Below, in pieces: positions 1-12,188 of a DNA stretch of 64,000 bases. The stretch's first letter is position 1; each line of letters begins with the position of its first letter. Under the pieces are notes generated by a model. The model was given only the letters and a program-made list of their open reading frames with translations. It made no database searches and was not told the origin of the DNA. The stretch comes from Macrostomum hystrix. Its lineage: Eukaryota > Animalia > Platyhelminthes. The stretch covers positions 4,960,001-5,024,000 of the forward strand of contig CATNEN010000002.1 in NCBI GenBank assembly GCA_950097015.1, in the 5' to 3' direction. The translations under genes and the position numbers were made by a program.

Positions 1-423
1 ATACAAGTTTTCAAAGTTGGTGTTAGACTTCACTCTGTGTGAATCTGGGCTTGGCGGGCTTCACTGTACGTTGCGTTATGATTTGCTGGCTTATGTACGT
101 GTTATCACTCAGTCCTGCTGTGCGCGTGCTATCGTTATATTGCTTATCTTATCTTGCATGTACATGGCTGGTTTTTGTCCTGGGGTTGGGGCTGCTCAAC
201 TCCAGTGTGTTATTGAGCCACAATATATTGACTATCGCATCGCTTTCGCCTGGCTTTTCTTGATTGGTTTTCGTCACATCGCAAACTCTCGCCTTGGCTT
301 GTCTCGACTAACAGTTGGATTAAAAGAAAGCATTTTTACAAGTTCCACTTGTGACTATTCGCATTCACGCACCTTCGACTCGGCATCTCAGTAGCGCCTT
401 TAATTGTTCCAGGAGGTCATGAA

Positions 424-505
424 AGGGTTTCAGATCCCTACTTCAGGTTTCAGATCCCTACTTCGGGTTTTAGCTCCCTACTTCGGGTTTTAGCTCCCTA
501 CTTCT
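424..505. repeat. Short tandem repeat, 20-bp unit (GGTTT[CT]AG[AC]TCCCTACTTC-like) x4
   Basis: Four consecutive copies read directly from the sequence. Confidence 0.8.
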
Positions 506-2087
506 GATTAATAATGTGCGGCGTGCTCGGAGAGTCAAGTGAGTGTTTTTTATTATCTTGACCACTGGGCCAATCGGATATGTGCTCGTAGTACTAGGGC
601 TATAGCCCTAGGGCTAGGGCTAGACTAGGGCTCGTAGTTATTGCCACGTTACGAGTACGTACTCTTAATATTTGTCTGCGTTTGCGTGCCAAATCGATGG
701 GTATGGCAAAAAATGTAAATAAAAAATTTGACAACTCAAATGCACGATTAGTCGATTGTAAGGCTTAAAAAGATATTTACTACAAATTTTTCGTTTTAGA
801 TTTAAAAAGTTTTTCTTGTTTTAAAAAAAGCGGCGCTTGAAAATACGCATTGTGGTGTAAATACTCGTATTATAATCTGGCTGCCGGTGTCACCAGGACG
901 ACTTTGTTGTTTGACGATGCAACCAATCTGAATAAATAAGAAGCCTATATTGAAAACAAAAAAACATAAAAATAATATAACATTATAACATAAAAAAATA
1001 TTTGCTGAGTTCTAGTAACTCAGCAAAAAAGTCTCCGAGTCAACGGTATAACATTTTAGCTACTGGATTGGGCACATCTAAGCTGTTAATCACTGCCTGA
1101 AATCGAGAAAATGTTTGAATGGCGATAAAAAATATGAAAAATATTGTTAAAACTGCAAAAACTACTGAATTCGTAGAAATGTCGACCGAAAAGTAACAGT
1201 TTCTTTGAAATTAGCACAAGAAAAGACACGCACGTTCCGGGTTTCTGATTATTGGAGGCAATCAGAAACGGCGAAATAATTTTATCAGTCATATAGTTTG
1301 CTGGAATACATAAAAGAGCCTAAAAAGCGAAGCCAAAGTTCTGAATATTGAATACTGAATATTGAAGTTCAATTAACCAACGATTAAGAGAAATAACTTG
1401 TGAACATTTCCTCATACCTTGCATATAGCTTCGTAATCAGTGATGGTTAAATGATCCATTGTGAGACAGTTGCAGACATCGCATTGCTCGTATTTAATAC
1501 ACGAGGATCATTCGATTGATTTGCATAGTCCATTTGTGAAAGTTTACCAGCCTCCAAATAGGAAAATTTACATTTTGAATTTAACGAATCAACATAAAAA
1601 ACCTGCTGCATAAAACACCGCAGCCGTCTCACCAATGACTAACTAAAGTAACGCATACTAACGTTCTAAAGCAACGTAAGTCTACTTACGCAGTCATTGT
1701 GTCTAACATGAATCACAATTTGATTACTTTGGTTCAAAACTACAAGCATTGAACCAACCATCGCCTAAGTACAATTCCCTTAAAACTAGCATTCAAGGAT
1801 ATCCGTCTTCAAAAGTCATTTCTGTCCGCAAAAAACAATAAATAATCTAAATCTGTCTTCTTATAACGAGTAACACTACAAAAAATAAGTGGGAAGGAAT
1901 GTCATGTCCGTCTAATCGTCTGTGCAAACAACTCTGGTCATTGCTTTAATGACAGTCCTTCCTCCTTGTGAAACAACTACCTGTCACATGTAATCGTAAA
2001 GCTCACATTTTGCAGCTCAAGTGTTGCAAAAATATAGTTCTCAAGCCTGGTGGTGACAAATTCATCCGATTTTTCACATCTGCATGT

Positions 2088-5000
2088 CTAAGCCTGTTTT
2101 CCGCTTTGGAATATCCGTTTCGTCAGTCGCTTGCAGCCTTCCCATAAGTGGGCGGCGATGCCTTCTGTATTTGGCTTATCGAAGAATTCTTCGTACTTGT
2201 CGTACACGCGGGTCTCACTCTGCAGAAGCACGTTTAACAGCTCGTCCTTTTTTAAGTTCTCAGCGCGAACTGCCAGTTCGCGAATGTCCTGCAGCTGTTG
2301 AACTCGATCTGAGTAACCGTGTGACTTGTTCATATTCTCCGCATCAATCAGCTTGTCGATGTAGTCAACCTCATTCAACGGATCAGGCTTCAGGGCAATC
2401 TTTCGCAGGCGTTCGATGCACTCTTTGCTCTCTTTCACCAGCTGCATCACATTTACCTTTGTTCCAAGGTACTCTTCGTAAACTCTTAGCGCCAATTGTT
2501 TGGCTGTCAAAAGTTTTCCTTCAGCATCAGTATAGCGGCCCTTCAAATCATCAGAAGTCTTTGTGACAGTTTGTTGAACAATGACTATGCGGTAGTTCAT
2601 GTTCTTGTGCACAGACCACACACATCCACTTGAGCAGACGTGGCAACGACCGTTAGTCATGGCCGCACAACCGGCTTTGTTGTTGTCGTCTGGAATTCCG
2701 CATGGATAGTGGCATGTTTTCTGGCATGTCAGGCAGTTAGTGATGTATGTTCCTGAAGGAATCGGCTCGCAAGTGACTTTGTCTTCGACGACCGTGTAGG
2801 TGAAGTCACTGTTACGATCTAAGTCAGATTGGTGAGTCTTAATGACGGAAATTTCTCGCTCCAGTTGATTTAGCTTGCTCAAGCCTTGGTCGATTTCATT
2901 TTTGATCGCGATTAGATGAGTCTGAAGCCTTTGTCGCTCACTCAAAACGTCTTTCGTAAGAGTCAGACTCTTTGCCTTCATCTGCATTAGATGAACAAAG
3001 AAGCACTGAAAGCTGTTCATTCCCATTTCCCAGAACATCTTGTTGAACATCTGGCTCATTTGGTCCATATCCTGGCTTTTAGCGAACACGGCTGAGTTGT
3101 TAAACTTAATGTTCAAGTTGTAGCTGATTCCTGCTTCCTTGAGCGACTCCAGCACCGGAGGGACGTTCGCATCGGCAAAAGTAATCAGCATGTAGATGTT
3201 CTCTCCGATGTCTTTCCCGAACAGCGAGAGAATCGAGTCGAAGACGTATCTCTGGGTTGGCGTCAGCCTCGCGACGCTGGAAGGCACAACGAAGCCCACA
3301 GCATCCAGATGGTCGATGCCTCCCGGCGAGGAAAAAAACTCTCTGATGCGGTCAACAATTTCCTTGTCTTTCATGATTCCACCAGTGTCACCGAAGCCAG
3401 GAGTGTCTACAAGGGTCAGTGTGCAAGGCTGCTGACAGCCTTCACGGTGGTGAAAAGTGTACGAGGTGACCCACTGAGTCTGACTCATAGACTGTGACGC
3501 CTGCAGTTTTTTTTCTTTAGGATCAGTAATTATTCTGAAGCGGAAAGGATCTTCGTATTTCACTCCGAATATGTAATTGACCATTGAGTTGATAAGTGTA
3601 GTCTTTCCACAGCCTGTTTCACCGACGATCATGATGACCTTCTCATCCACACCTGAAACTCCGCTTTGCCCCAGCTCCATTTTTCGAACGAGGTGTTCCG
3701 GATCACTAAAAGTTTGGTCCATTTGCAACTCGTATTCGATTGGCTCGGCACGGCTAGAGTCTATAATCAGAGAAGAGTGCACAATGCTGTGCTTCATTCG
3801 TTCTTGGCTAGTTAATTTGACATCTAGACTGACTTGGCAACTTTCCTCTCCAACAGAGTCATCAGAAAGTACAGCAGCAGCAGCGAATGCGTACAGTCCA
3901 TCGTCATTGACCTCAATTGTGATTGGCTTAAAAGCATCAGCTTTAATGAAAGCTTTTTCGTATTTTCGCTGCTCTTGCATTGTGATTTGGTAGAGAACAA
4001 GTTTCGCATTCGAAGGTAAGAATTCGGGTGGGCTGACTTCGAGTCTGACGTGAAAAGGTGATAGCCGCTGCACAGAGCTAATCGTTGGTGCGCCGCAGGC
4101 CTTAGTAGACACCGGCATAACAGACTTCACAATGCAACGTCCAAGCTGGCGAATAGTCTGATAGGACAACAGGTAACTCGTGCCAGCTTTTAAATTCTCG
4201 ACAACAATCGGTCCTCCATCTCGATCAATTCTTTGCATAATCTCCATGGCTGGTTTGTTGGTACGATCTTCGCGGAACTGAATGGCGACACCCTGAACTT
4301 TGTTGGAATCAAAGTCTGTGCTTACTGGCAGAAATGTGAGTTTAATTGCATTGGAGGATGCACTAACAGAATCGACGTCCTGGTACTCTAGAAAGCTGTC
4401 TAATGTGCTGACTTTTAAGTCGAGTTTCTCGACATGTACATGCGTGCTAATTTTTAGCTCTGACTGTACCTCATGCCTAATGCAGATCTGCCATTTTCCA
4501 TTCGCGTTGTCAACAACAACTTTTAAAATTGATTGAAGCTCACGGGCAGTGGCACTCAGAGCGGCAGATAAGCTGAAATTCTCGAAGTACTTCTCCCACT
4601 GCAATAATTTAGGCACTTCGCTTGGAAAAATGAGTGTTACATTGCAGCTAGTCTTGCCAACAGCTGCTTTGAATTCTTCTTGTTTCGACAACTTAGCTAG
4701 CTCAGAATAGACATCGAGAAACTCTTGCACTGATGGCAGCCAGTCAAATCTGGCCATCGAGAGACTGCAGTCGTTGAGTGCTTCAGGTGTGCCGAGATTG
4801 TTGCCGATACGGACTTTGCTCATCATTATCTTGTTCTGTGAAAACTGCAAAGCGGTCGAAAATGTTTCATGTAGGTAGGCAACTTCGCGCAGCAGGGGAT
4901 GACCGAATAGTTTTTCAGTGCTTCTAACTTCATTTTGAGCCTGGCAAAGTTGCTGCAAAAGATTTGCTAGAGTCAATTCGTGAGCCGGTTTTTGTGGCTT

Positions 5001-5710
5001 GACTCGGTCGAGCACTCTAAATAGAGTTGCAGCATGAAACTTTCCTTCAGGAGATGTGCTTAAGTGCTCGAGCAAATTTTGAAATTCGGAAAGACTTTGA
5101 AGCTTCACAGCTCCATTTACGAATGTTTTTATTTGAGCTGTACTGATTTCAGTGTTACCTAAAAGGAAAATGTTGGATATTTAGGAGAGTAGGAGATTTA
5201 GTACTAAAGATATAAGCAAAACAATGAACATCTAAATCTACGCAATGCGACTACCGTGAACGTACCTTGAACGATTCCGCAGAGTATCCATCCATTGGCA
5301 ACGTGGTGCACTTTCCCGCATTTTTCGCCTGTCAGCGTGTCTTCCATAGAAGAATCAACGCTCTCAGCTTGCAGAAAACCAATTACTAGCTGCTTGGAGA
5401 AATCACCATTCTCGCACAAATACAGTAAGATGTCTTGAACTGAACTTGAGTCATTGCTCTGCGGAGCTCCACAAAGCAGCTTTAGTGCTTGCAAAGTTGT
5501 TAGACCAAGAGTCGCCACATCATCCAGTATGTTTTCTGACTTCTGAACATAAATATGAAGCTTCTTTTTACCAACAGCACTGCTGGAGGACAGAGAACTA
5601 GTTGAGCAGCCAGTAAAACTGTCAGATTCTGCCGCATATTCGAGGCCTAGACTGGCACGATGGTCCAGTGAGTGAAGCCAGTCAAACTTACAAAACGGGA
5701 TACCTTGCGC
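2088..5710 (-). CDS. Large TRAFAC-class P-loop GTPase (septin/AIG1-like G domain) with putative stonustoxin-like N-terminal module, two FN3 domains, a Cys-rich module and C-terminal coiled coils; 5' end uncertain
   Basis: Main exon 5158..2088 (stop at 2088-2090). Upstream exon ~5710..5266 joins through a phase-1 GT-AG intron 5265..5159 (CAAG|GTACGT ... TTTTCCTTTTAG|GT), giving in-frame ...CGIVQ-G-NTEISTAQIKTFVNGAVKLQ. G1 GETGCGKT, G3 DTPG, G4-like TFAD; FN3 hallmark VENLKAGTSY; Cys cluster NCLTCQKTCHYPC...C...CHVCSSGC...H. No ATG was found at the exon start, so a further 5' exon or trans-splicing is likely. Confidence 0.85.
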
Positions 5711-7369
5711 CTGGAAAGTTCCAGCAACAGTTGCAAAATTATCTTTTATTAAAAAGCACAAAAATTATTATCTTATTTTTTATGAAAATACTAATAAGTG
5801 CAGCTTTAGATAGGAACAATCAATTAGTAAATTATAAGATAGGAATACCATTTTCCTTCTTTTCTAAATATATATTACCGCAATTTCATTAAACATTTAC
5901 CATTAAATTAACTAGTATGTAGCACAGAGATTAAATAAACTATCGTTCAACAAAATGAATTTTAATGAGGAAAAAATTATCACTGATTCAAGTATATATA
6001 TAGATTATAATTAAGTTTTATTGACCAAGAGAAGTAAAATATAATAATAAACAGTTTGACTTCCTTGAAATAGAAAGACAAGTGATAAAATAGTTCATGA
6101 CACAATAGTATACATCTAAGATAGAAGATAAATTTAAATTGGAAGAGCGAAAAATAGTACAAACTCTTTATAGTTAACTAATCTAGATTTATCAGCTCAA
6201 TATTTTCGATATTTCGGTACGAAAACCTGACGTCGGCGGCTGGCTTTCCGGTGAACAGCGACGTCGATGGCAGGCAACTTTTACAAAACGCAGACGAAAC
6301 GAAAATGCACAATATAATTCGTATAAAACCTAAGAAAAAGCGTTTTAGGACATTGATCAGCTTAAAACGCAAACACCGACTGAACTTCGGTACAATCTAT
6401 AAGTTACCGTTTGCCATCGATGTCGCTGGACGTTAGAAAAATCTGCGGGCGCCGGCCGATGTTGAATAATTGTTGCTCACGATTATTAGACTCCAAAACT
6501 TTCGCGTTTCATTGAATCGAACAAATGCCATCGTGCACATGATAATCCTAAATTAAAGAAACAAGTATACATGGCGTATCTAGATCCAGTATTAGGATAA
6601 CCACGCCCTAATTTATACACTTATTTACTGTCGCAAAGAGGAAAGCGAAAAACGAAAAGTGTTTGAATAGTCAACATAGGTATAGTATAACAATTTTATG
6701 CTGATAAGTAGGCAGATCTGCGTACTTATCTATCTAAGTAGGCCGATAAATAGCTTTGTTAAGCGGGGATAAAGAAACTATTGCTAAAAAAGCAATAAAT
6801 AAAAATACAAATCGGCACATTTGACTAAAATTATTGTAATATTCTTAATTTAAATGTTTTCCCTGGATCAGACAGTCAGAGCCTCAATAAATGACCAAGT
6901 TATCACTTGAAAACTCTTTTACCTTCTTACTCAATTATCGGCCTAGTTTATTTGCTTTTCGCCACACTGGCACGTTGATCTGGCTCACAGAAATTTCAAT
7001 TGGTTATATACACGAAAAAGGTTGGTTAAAGTGAATGAATTAAATAATAATGAGAATAATATATAATATTTTATATTATATAAACAATATTTAGTGCATT
7101 TAAACAAAGAGCATGGGTAAAAATTTTACTTTCAATAAAGATTTATAAAAACATCCCTACTACTTATAAAGAATTCTAGTCATTTGGCCATATGCAGTTT
7201 TTTGGCCAAAAGCTGTTTTGGCCATGCCCATAGCCATTTCAGCCAAAAGCAAATAATCATAATAATGCTACATTATTATTATTCTGTCTATACATAAATG
7301 TACTTTCTCACGTATGTCTGTATTTTTCAGTTACATTTAAGCAGTCCTTGAAATGAGTTTCAATGAGCC

Positions 7370-7426
7370 GGCCCAAGATGTTTTAGCCTAGCCAGGTGAA
7401 GGCTGGGCAGTGGCAGATAAAATGCC
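7370..7426 (-). mobile_element. Small fragment of the same LINE found at 9870-10415
   Basis: GATGTTTTAGCCTAGCC[AG]GGTGAAGGC...GGCAGTGGCAGAT[AG]AAATGC is shared with ~10123-10180. Confidence 0.7.
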
Positions 7427-7720
7427 TAAAAGGCTGCTGCATCCTTGATTCCATAGCAGTAAATGCTTTCTTGGACTCTGCAGCCAAACTCATCAGCAAT
7501 ACTCGTAATAGAATGTGAAATGCACTCATTGGCAGTACTAAAATATTTGCATTGGTCCAGAATTTTATGTTTTTATCATTCTTTGTGTATCAAGTCCTAT
7601 TTTGTTTACTTTTAACTGTGCAAATACTTCCAGTATGTATTTATAATTCTTGTAATTTTGATAAGTCAAATTCATGCTTTCATCAGTATCATTAACAACT
7701 CCTTTAGAAATAAATTAGAA

Positions 7721-8285
7721 GGCAGTGCTTATCCCCACGGTACCGTAGAAATAATTTTTGTCTTATTCCTACGGTACCGTGGGAATAATTTCCTGCTTAT
7801 CCGCACGGCACACTGACGAGATAGCTGTCCTATCTTCAACATATTCCGTGGGAATAATTTCCTGCTTATCCGCACGGCACACTGACGAGATAGCTGTCCT
7901 ATCATCTATCTTTTTATCATGACTGCAATTTTCCTTTTTTTCTTCCGGTTTTTAAAAGCAAGTAAACAAATTAAAGTTTTCTGCTTTTTTCGCAAGAAGT
8001 TACCCAATATGGTGGCTTTTTTAAGTATATAAAATAGATATTTCTAATATTTATATATTCAAAAGAATACAACTGAAGTGTGTTTATTTTTCTAATCTTA
8101 TAGCTCAAGCCTTCTAAGTCTATAATCCAGTCTATTACTTTATTCTAGGCCAAGTTAAAATAGGTCCATAAAAAATGTCTGACAGTGCCAACGGAATATG
8201 TTAAAGATAGGACAGCTATCTCGTCAGTGTGCCGTGCGGATAAGCAGGAAATTATTCCCACGGTACCGTGGGGATAAGCACTGCC
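7721..8285. mobile_element. Non-autonomous Mutator (MULE)-like MITE, 565 bp
   Basis: Perfect 26-bp terminal inverted repeat GGCAGTGCTTATCCCCACGGTACCGT, extending to ~100 bp of imperfect inversion. Flanked by the 9-bp direct repeat AAATTAGAA (7712-7720 and 8286-8294). No ORF. A 9-bp TSD with long G-starting TIRs is typical of MULEs. Confidence 0.85.
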
Positions 8286-9869
8286 AAATTAGAAATTAGC
8301 CATAAGAATGTTGTGAGTTTAAATAAGTATGGGGCCAAACTGGTTTTTGGTTGAAATAGTTTGTGGCCAAAACCGTTTGAGGCCAAAACAAACTTTTGGC
8401 CAAAACGCCTAGGCATATTGCTGAAAAAACTGGACCCTTATAAATAAGCCTAATATTTTCTATTGAATTATATACTTATATTTATTTAGTGGACACTAAA
8501 ATGTATCATAGCAAAATGCTATTAACTTGTGCCAATAAGAAAAGAAATAAGAAAAGAACAAAATATATTTGTTTAAATGCACAGACTATAATAATGCACC
8601 AAACAGCCACCTCAATTTTACTATATCTATGCCTATGGAAGCTTTTTTAAGCCAGAAACCAACCTTTGCAGAAATCAACTGCCATATGTTAAAAATGAAA
8701 ATAATCAGCAAGTTCTGTCTGAATAGTATTGGATAAAAGTTACAGGCTGTAAATTGGTGGGACAAGTATAGGTATCATAATTAGTTTTTACTTCAGAAAT
8801 AAAAGAAAGATCAAAGTAAAGAGTCTTAAAAAAATCATGTAAATTATCAAAAGTTATGGATATGGATATGGTTACTAGAACTTCTGTTTATGGTATCTAG
8901 TTTCTGAATCTTGATTTCTCAAATATAGTTTGCACTAAGGTGAGTAAAACAAACAGCATAGGGACAATGAAGACAACAAGAAAAGATAGAAATAGATAAA
9001 GAAAACAAAAATTCTATACAAACTCAAGCCCCTAGACTTCAAGGCTATATGCATGTTTATGGGGATATGTGGATGGCTATGACAAGATGTAAAGAGCCTA
9101 ATGAGGTCTAAGGACAAAAAGGATATGTGAAGACACTTCAGACTGCCTCTTAATTCATTAGTGTTTAGGACTCAAGCCCTTAAGAAATTTTTATGACACA
9201 TGTAAATTGGTGGGTTTTCCACAGTCTGTTGACTGTTGATCTAGTGTAAAGATAGACAGGATGTCTAAGGATTAATAATGAAGGCATTTCTTTGGACTGC
9301 CAACAATTAAAACTCTTAATTTGTTGCTGTGGCATTGGGGACTCAAGCTAACAACAATTAAATGCCATATGCATGTTTTGGGGTGGTGGGGAGAGAATTT
9401 CACCCCAAACCTGTTAAGTCCCATGCTTGGGTTCCCCAAGGCTTGAATTCTCATTGGCTGTAGTCTCCCTGGCTTTGCATTTCCAGTACCCCATTTGTCC
9501 TTTAGCTTCCAAAGCATATGATATGAAGGTTACAGGAAGTTATGGGAATTTTTTTAGTTACAGATATGGATAGGCTATGGGAAAATTTTTGGAGATATGG
9601 ATACGGATACGGGAAAATTTTGGTTACTGCTTAACTCTAGTAAATTAAATTATCAGATCAGTTGTGTAGTAGCTTATGATTTAACTTCTTGCAGTAACTT
9701 GTTATGCAACTAGTTACTGCCTATTACCTACCTACCAATACTGTTCTAGTACTACGTCTATGAGTATGATCCTACTAGGTAGTAGAGTGCTGACCTATCA
9801 GTCAAACACAATGCTTCTGTGACATTGGCATAGCCAACTACAACCTGGTTGAAAGAGTCTCTTGACTTG

Positions 9870-10415
9870 CCTGACTTAGCGGCAGGGAGCCTCCGTGACG
9901 GACACAGTGAGGAGGTGGCCGATGCCGCCCATATCGCTAACCCCTGGCAGCCAGATGGCCTCCAGCGAGGCGGTGCCGCTCAGGGTGGTCCGTCGGTCGA
10001 TTCCGCCGCGCGATCTTCCTCGCCATAGGCTGGGAAGAACTCAGCTCGGCCGGTATCCCGGAGGAAGTGGGTGAGTTGTGGAATGTTATTGGGCGAGCAG
10101 GCTTCGACAAGGGTCGGTGCTGGCCCGAGATGTTTTAGCCTAGCCGGGTGAAGGCCAGGCAGTGGCAGATGAAATGCTCGGCGTTTTCACGTCCGGAGCA
10201 GCAGAAAGGACACAATTCCTCAGGCACGTGGCCTTGGAGCTAGTGGTGTCTGGTGAAGCAGCCATGTCCCGAGAGGGCCATGGTGACTGCTCTCAGGTCT
10301 CTGCGATTTAGCCTAAGCAAGGCTTTACGCTGATTACTAGAGGGGGTTGGCACTGCAGCCCTGGACTGGCGACAGTTCAGGGTGCTAGACCACCTCCTCC
10401 GGTGTTGGGTCTCAG
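9870..10415 (-). mobile_element. Degenerate 3' end of a non-LTR retrotransposon ORF2 (LOA/R1/I-group-like) with C-terminal CCHC zinc knuckle
   Basis: Minus-strand translation [11 protein letters not shown]...[56 protein letters not shown] contains a CX2CX8HX4C knuckle preceded by the GHG motif. In-frame stop at 10240-10242. Confidence 0.75.
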
Positions 10416-11037
10416 CCTGACAATAAGGAGGCTGACAGAGACAAGTGACAAGTATGTAATCAAAAACTAAGGACAAGACACAAAGCAGGGCAAAGCATGC
10501 CAAAGTGGTGTTCGCCACTTTGTTAAGATTTTTGTCTCAAATTCATTTTTAATGTACAAAACAAAACAGACTTATTATCAATAAGCTTATATGAAGCCTT
10601 TTATTAACAACTTGTAGTTTGCTAATATTTTCTTCGTTTTGTTAAAAAAAGCTTCAGTTAGTTTGAGATCAGAAAGTAGCAGTAAAATAAAGAATGCACT
10701 AAAAAAAGCAAATTTCCTCTTATCAGCTTACATGTTTGTCTAAAACTAAATAAAAGTATAACTTTCTATATTCCATTTTAAATTCAATACAGCTTGCACA
10801 ATTGTATTTGGCTCTATTCTCATATTTTTATCTGTTATTGTCTTCTTGTAAAAGTAGATTTGAATTTACCATTGATTCCTAAACTGAAAAATTTAGGAAA
10901 TGTTCAAAAGAACAAAATAGCAAATATTTGCTAGATCAGAAAGGGATTTTTATCTCTAGAGTTTAATGTTGGGTAGCGTGTCCACCTATGTTATTATAGT
11001 TGCAAATTGGTTTCAGCTCTGACAGCTCACAACCGGC

Positions 11038-11400
11038 ATGGCACCCCGCCGCGAGAAGAAGAAGAGCGCCCTGAACGACGTGGTCACTCGAGAGTACACC
11101 ATCAACCTGCACAAGCGGATTCACGGCATCGGCTTCAAGCGGAGGGCGCCGCGGGCGATGACAGAAATCCGCAAATTCGCCGAGCGCATGATGGGCACAC
11201 CGGATGTCAGGCTGGACACCCGGCTTAATAAATTCGTCTGGAGCCAAGGCGTGCGCAATGTCCCATTCCGCGTCCGGGTCCGGCTGGCTCGCAAGCGCAA
11301 CGAAGACGAAGACAGCGCGCACAAGCTGTACACCCTCGTCACCTACGTGCCCTGCACAGAGTTCAAGGGCAAGCAGACCATTAATGTGGAGGCTGAATAA
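11038..11400 (+). CDS. RPL31: 60S ribosomal protein eL31 (L31), intronless
   Basis: 120-aa ORF with the diagnostic [26 protein letters not shown]...[38 protein letters not shown]...LYTLVTYVP. Acceptor-like TTTCAG/GACAG lies 12-21 nt upstream of the ATG and AATAAA ~80 nt after the stop. Confidence 0.98.
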   Translation: MAPRREKKKSALNDVVTREYTINLHKRIHGIGFKRRAPRAMTEIRKFAERMMGTPDVRLDTRLNKFVWSQGVRNVPFRVRVRLARKRNEDEDSAHKLYTLVTYVPCTEFKGKQTINVEAE

Positions 11401-11624
11401 CTTAAGCTGATTGCCACCTTGCTGCCAATGCTTGTTAATGTAAACATCCGCGTTTGCGACGGACAGTTTAACATCGTAATAAATACAGCGGCTCATTTAA
11501 GGTCTTTGTTTGGAAGTTGGTTTGTTTGACTTTTTTGGATAATTCGTCAGATTGGTTGTTCTTTAGGTTTGCTTTTTGCAATTTTAGAATAGTTCTATTA
11601 TCCCCGGTAGACTATAAGTACTTT

Positions 11625-11815
11625 CTAGAGCGGTTATTGCGTTTGTCTATCGCACCAAGGTTCCTGAGCTCGACTCCGCTGCGAGGCCACGTTTATTTAG
11701 GGCGCAGCCGCGGAGAGAAGGCTTGGAGGCTTGTCGTGCAATTCACGCCTTTGTGGGCCAATCTCCAAGGCACAGTGAGAGTGTACACTGCCTGACGATG
11801 AGAAAGTCAGGGCAT
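11625..11815 (+). mobile_element. tRNA-derived SINE, family A, copy 1
   Basis: Degenerate A/B-box head (AGAGCGGTTA...GCTCGACTCC), body GGCGCAGCCGCGGAGAGAAGGCTTGG and 3' hairpin CTGAC-GATGAGAAA-GTCAG. Near-identical to 11838-12007 and to the reverse copy at 54866-55030. Confidence 0.75.
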
Positions 11816-11837
11816 TGGTACAGGGTCATTAGGACTG

Positions 11838-12007
11838 GGTCGGTGGCAGAGCGGTTAACGCGTTTGCCTCTCGCACCACGGTTCCTAAGTTCGATTCCAC
11901 GGCGAGGCCACATTTATTTGGGGCGCAGCCGCGGAGAGAAGGCTTGGGGGCCAACCTCCAAGGCGCAGTGAGAGTGTACACTGCCTGACGATAAGAAAGT
12001 CAGGGCA
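11838..12007 (+). mobile_element. tRNA-derived SINE, family A, copy 2 (tandem with copy 1)
   Basis: A box TGGCAGAGCGG, B box GTTCGATTCC, CT-CTC-GC anticodon-loop-like segment with a broken stem, then the shared body and 3' hairpin. Confidence 0.8.
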
Positions 12008-12188
12008 GATGTACACACCTGTGTGAGTGTGTGCCTGCGTACAGTGCCTGAGTGCGTTCGTTCTCAGGAGTCAGCGAAATTGGCAGAATTGCCTCCTCGC
12101 TGGCTGTGGGTCCAGTGCCACCAATTTATGCGCCATTACCCGCAGCCCTCCTGTAATTATAAAAATAAATAATAATACAGTATTACAT

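Noticed and set aside
17-1635. Short ORFs at the window start as a gene or retroelement downstream of the GTPase
   Set aside because: No ATG-initiated frame with recognisable motifs; frequent stops in all frames examined.
5204-5761. 185-aa ORF as a separate gene
   Set aside because: It starts at TTG and splices in frame (5266/5158) into the GTPase; its last ~20 codons are intron.
11788-11815. Minimal hammerhead ribozyme (CTGACGA...GAAA) at the SINE A 3' end
   Set aside because: No stem II, and no stem III closing onto a UH cleavage site; a simple hairpin explains it.
11838-11912. tRNA gene (Glu-CTC-like); likewise the Val-CAC-like head at 15520-15590
   Set aside because: Anticodon and acceptor stems are broken, and each head is fused to a repeated SINE body.
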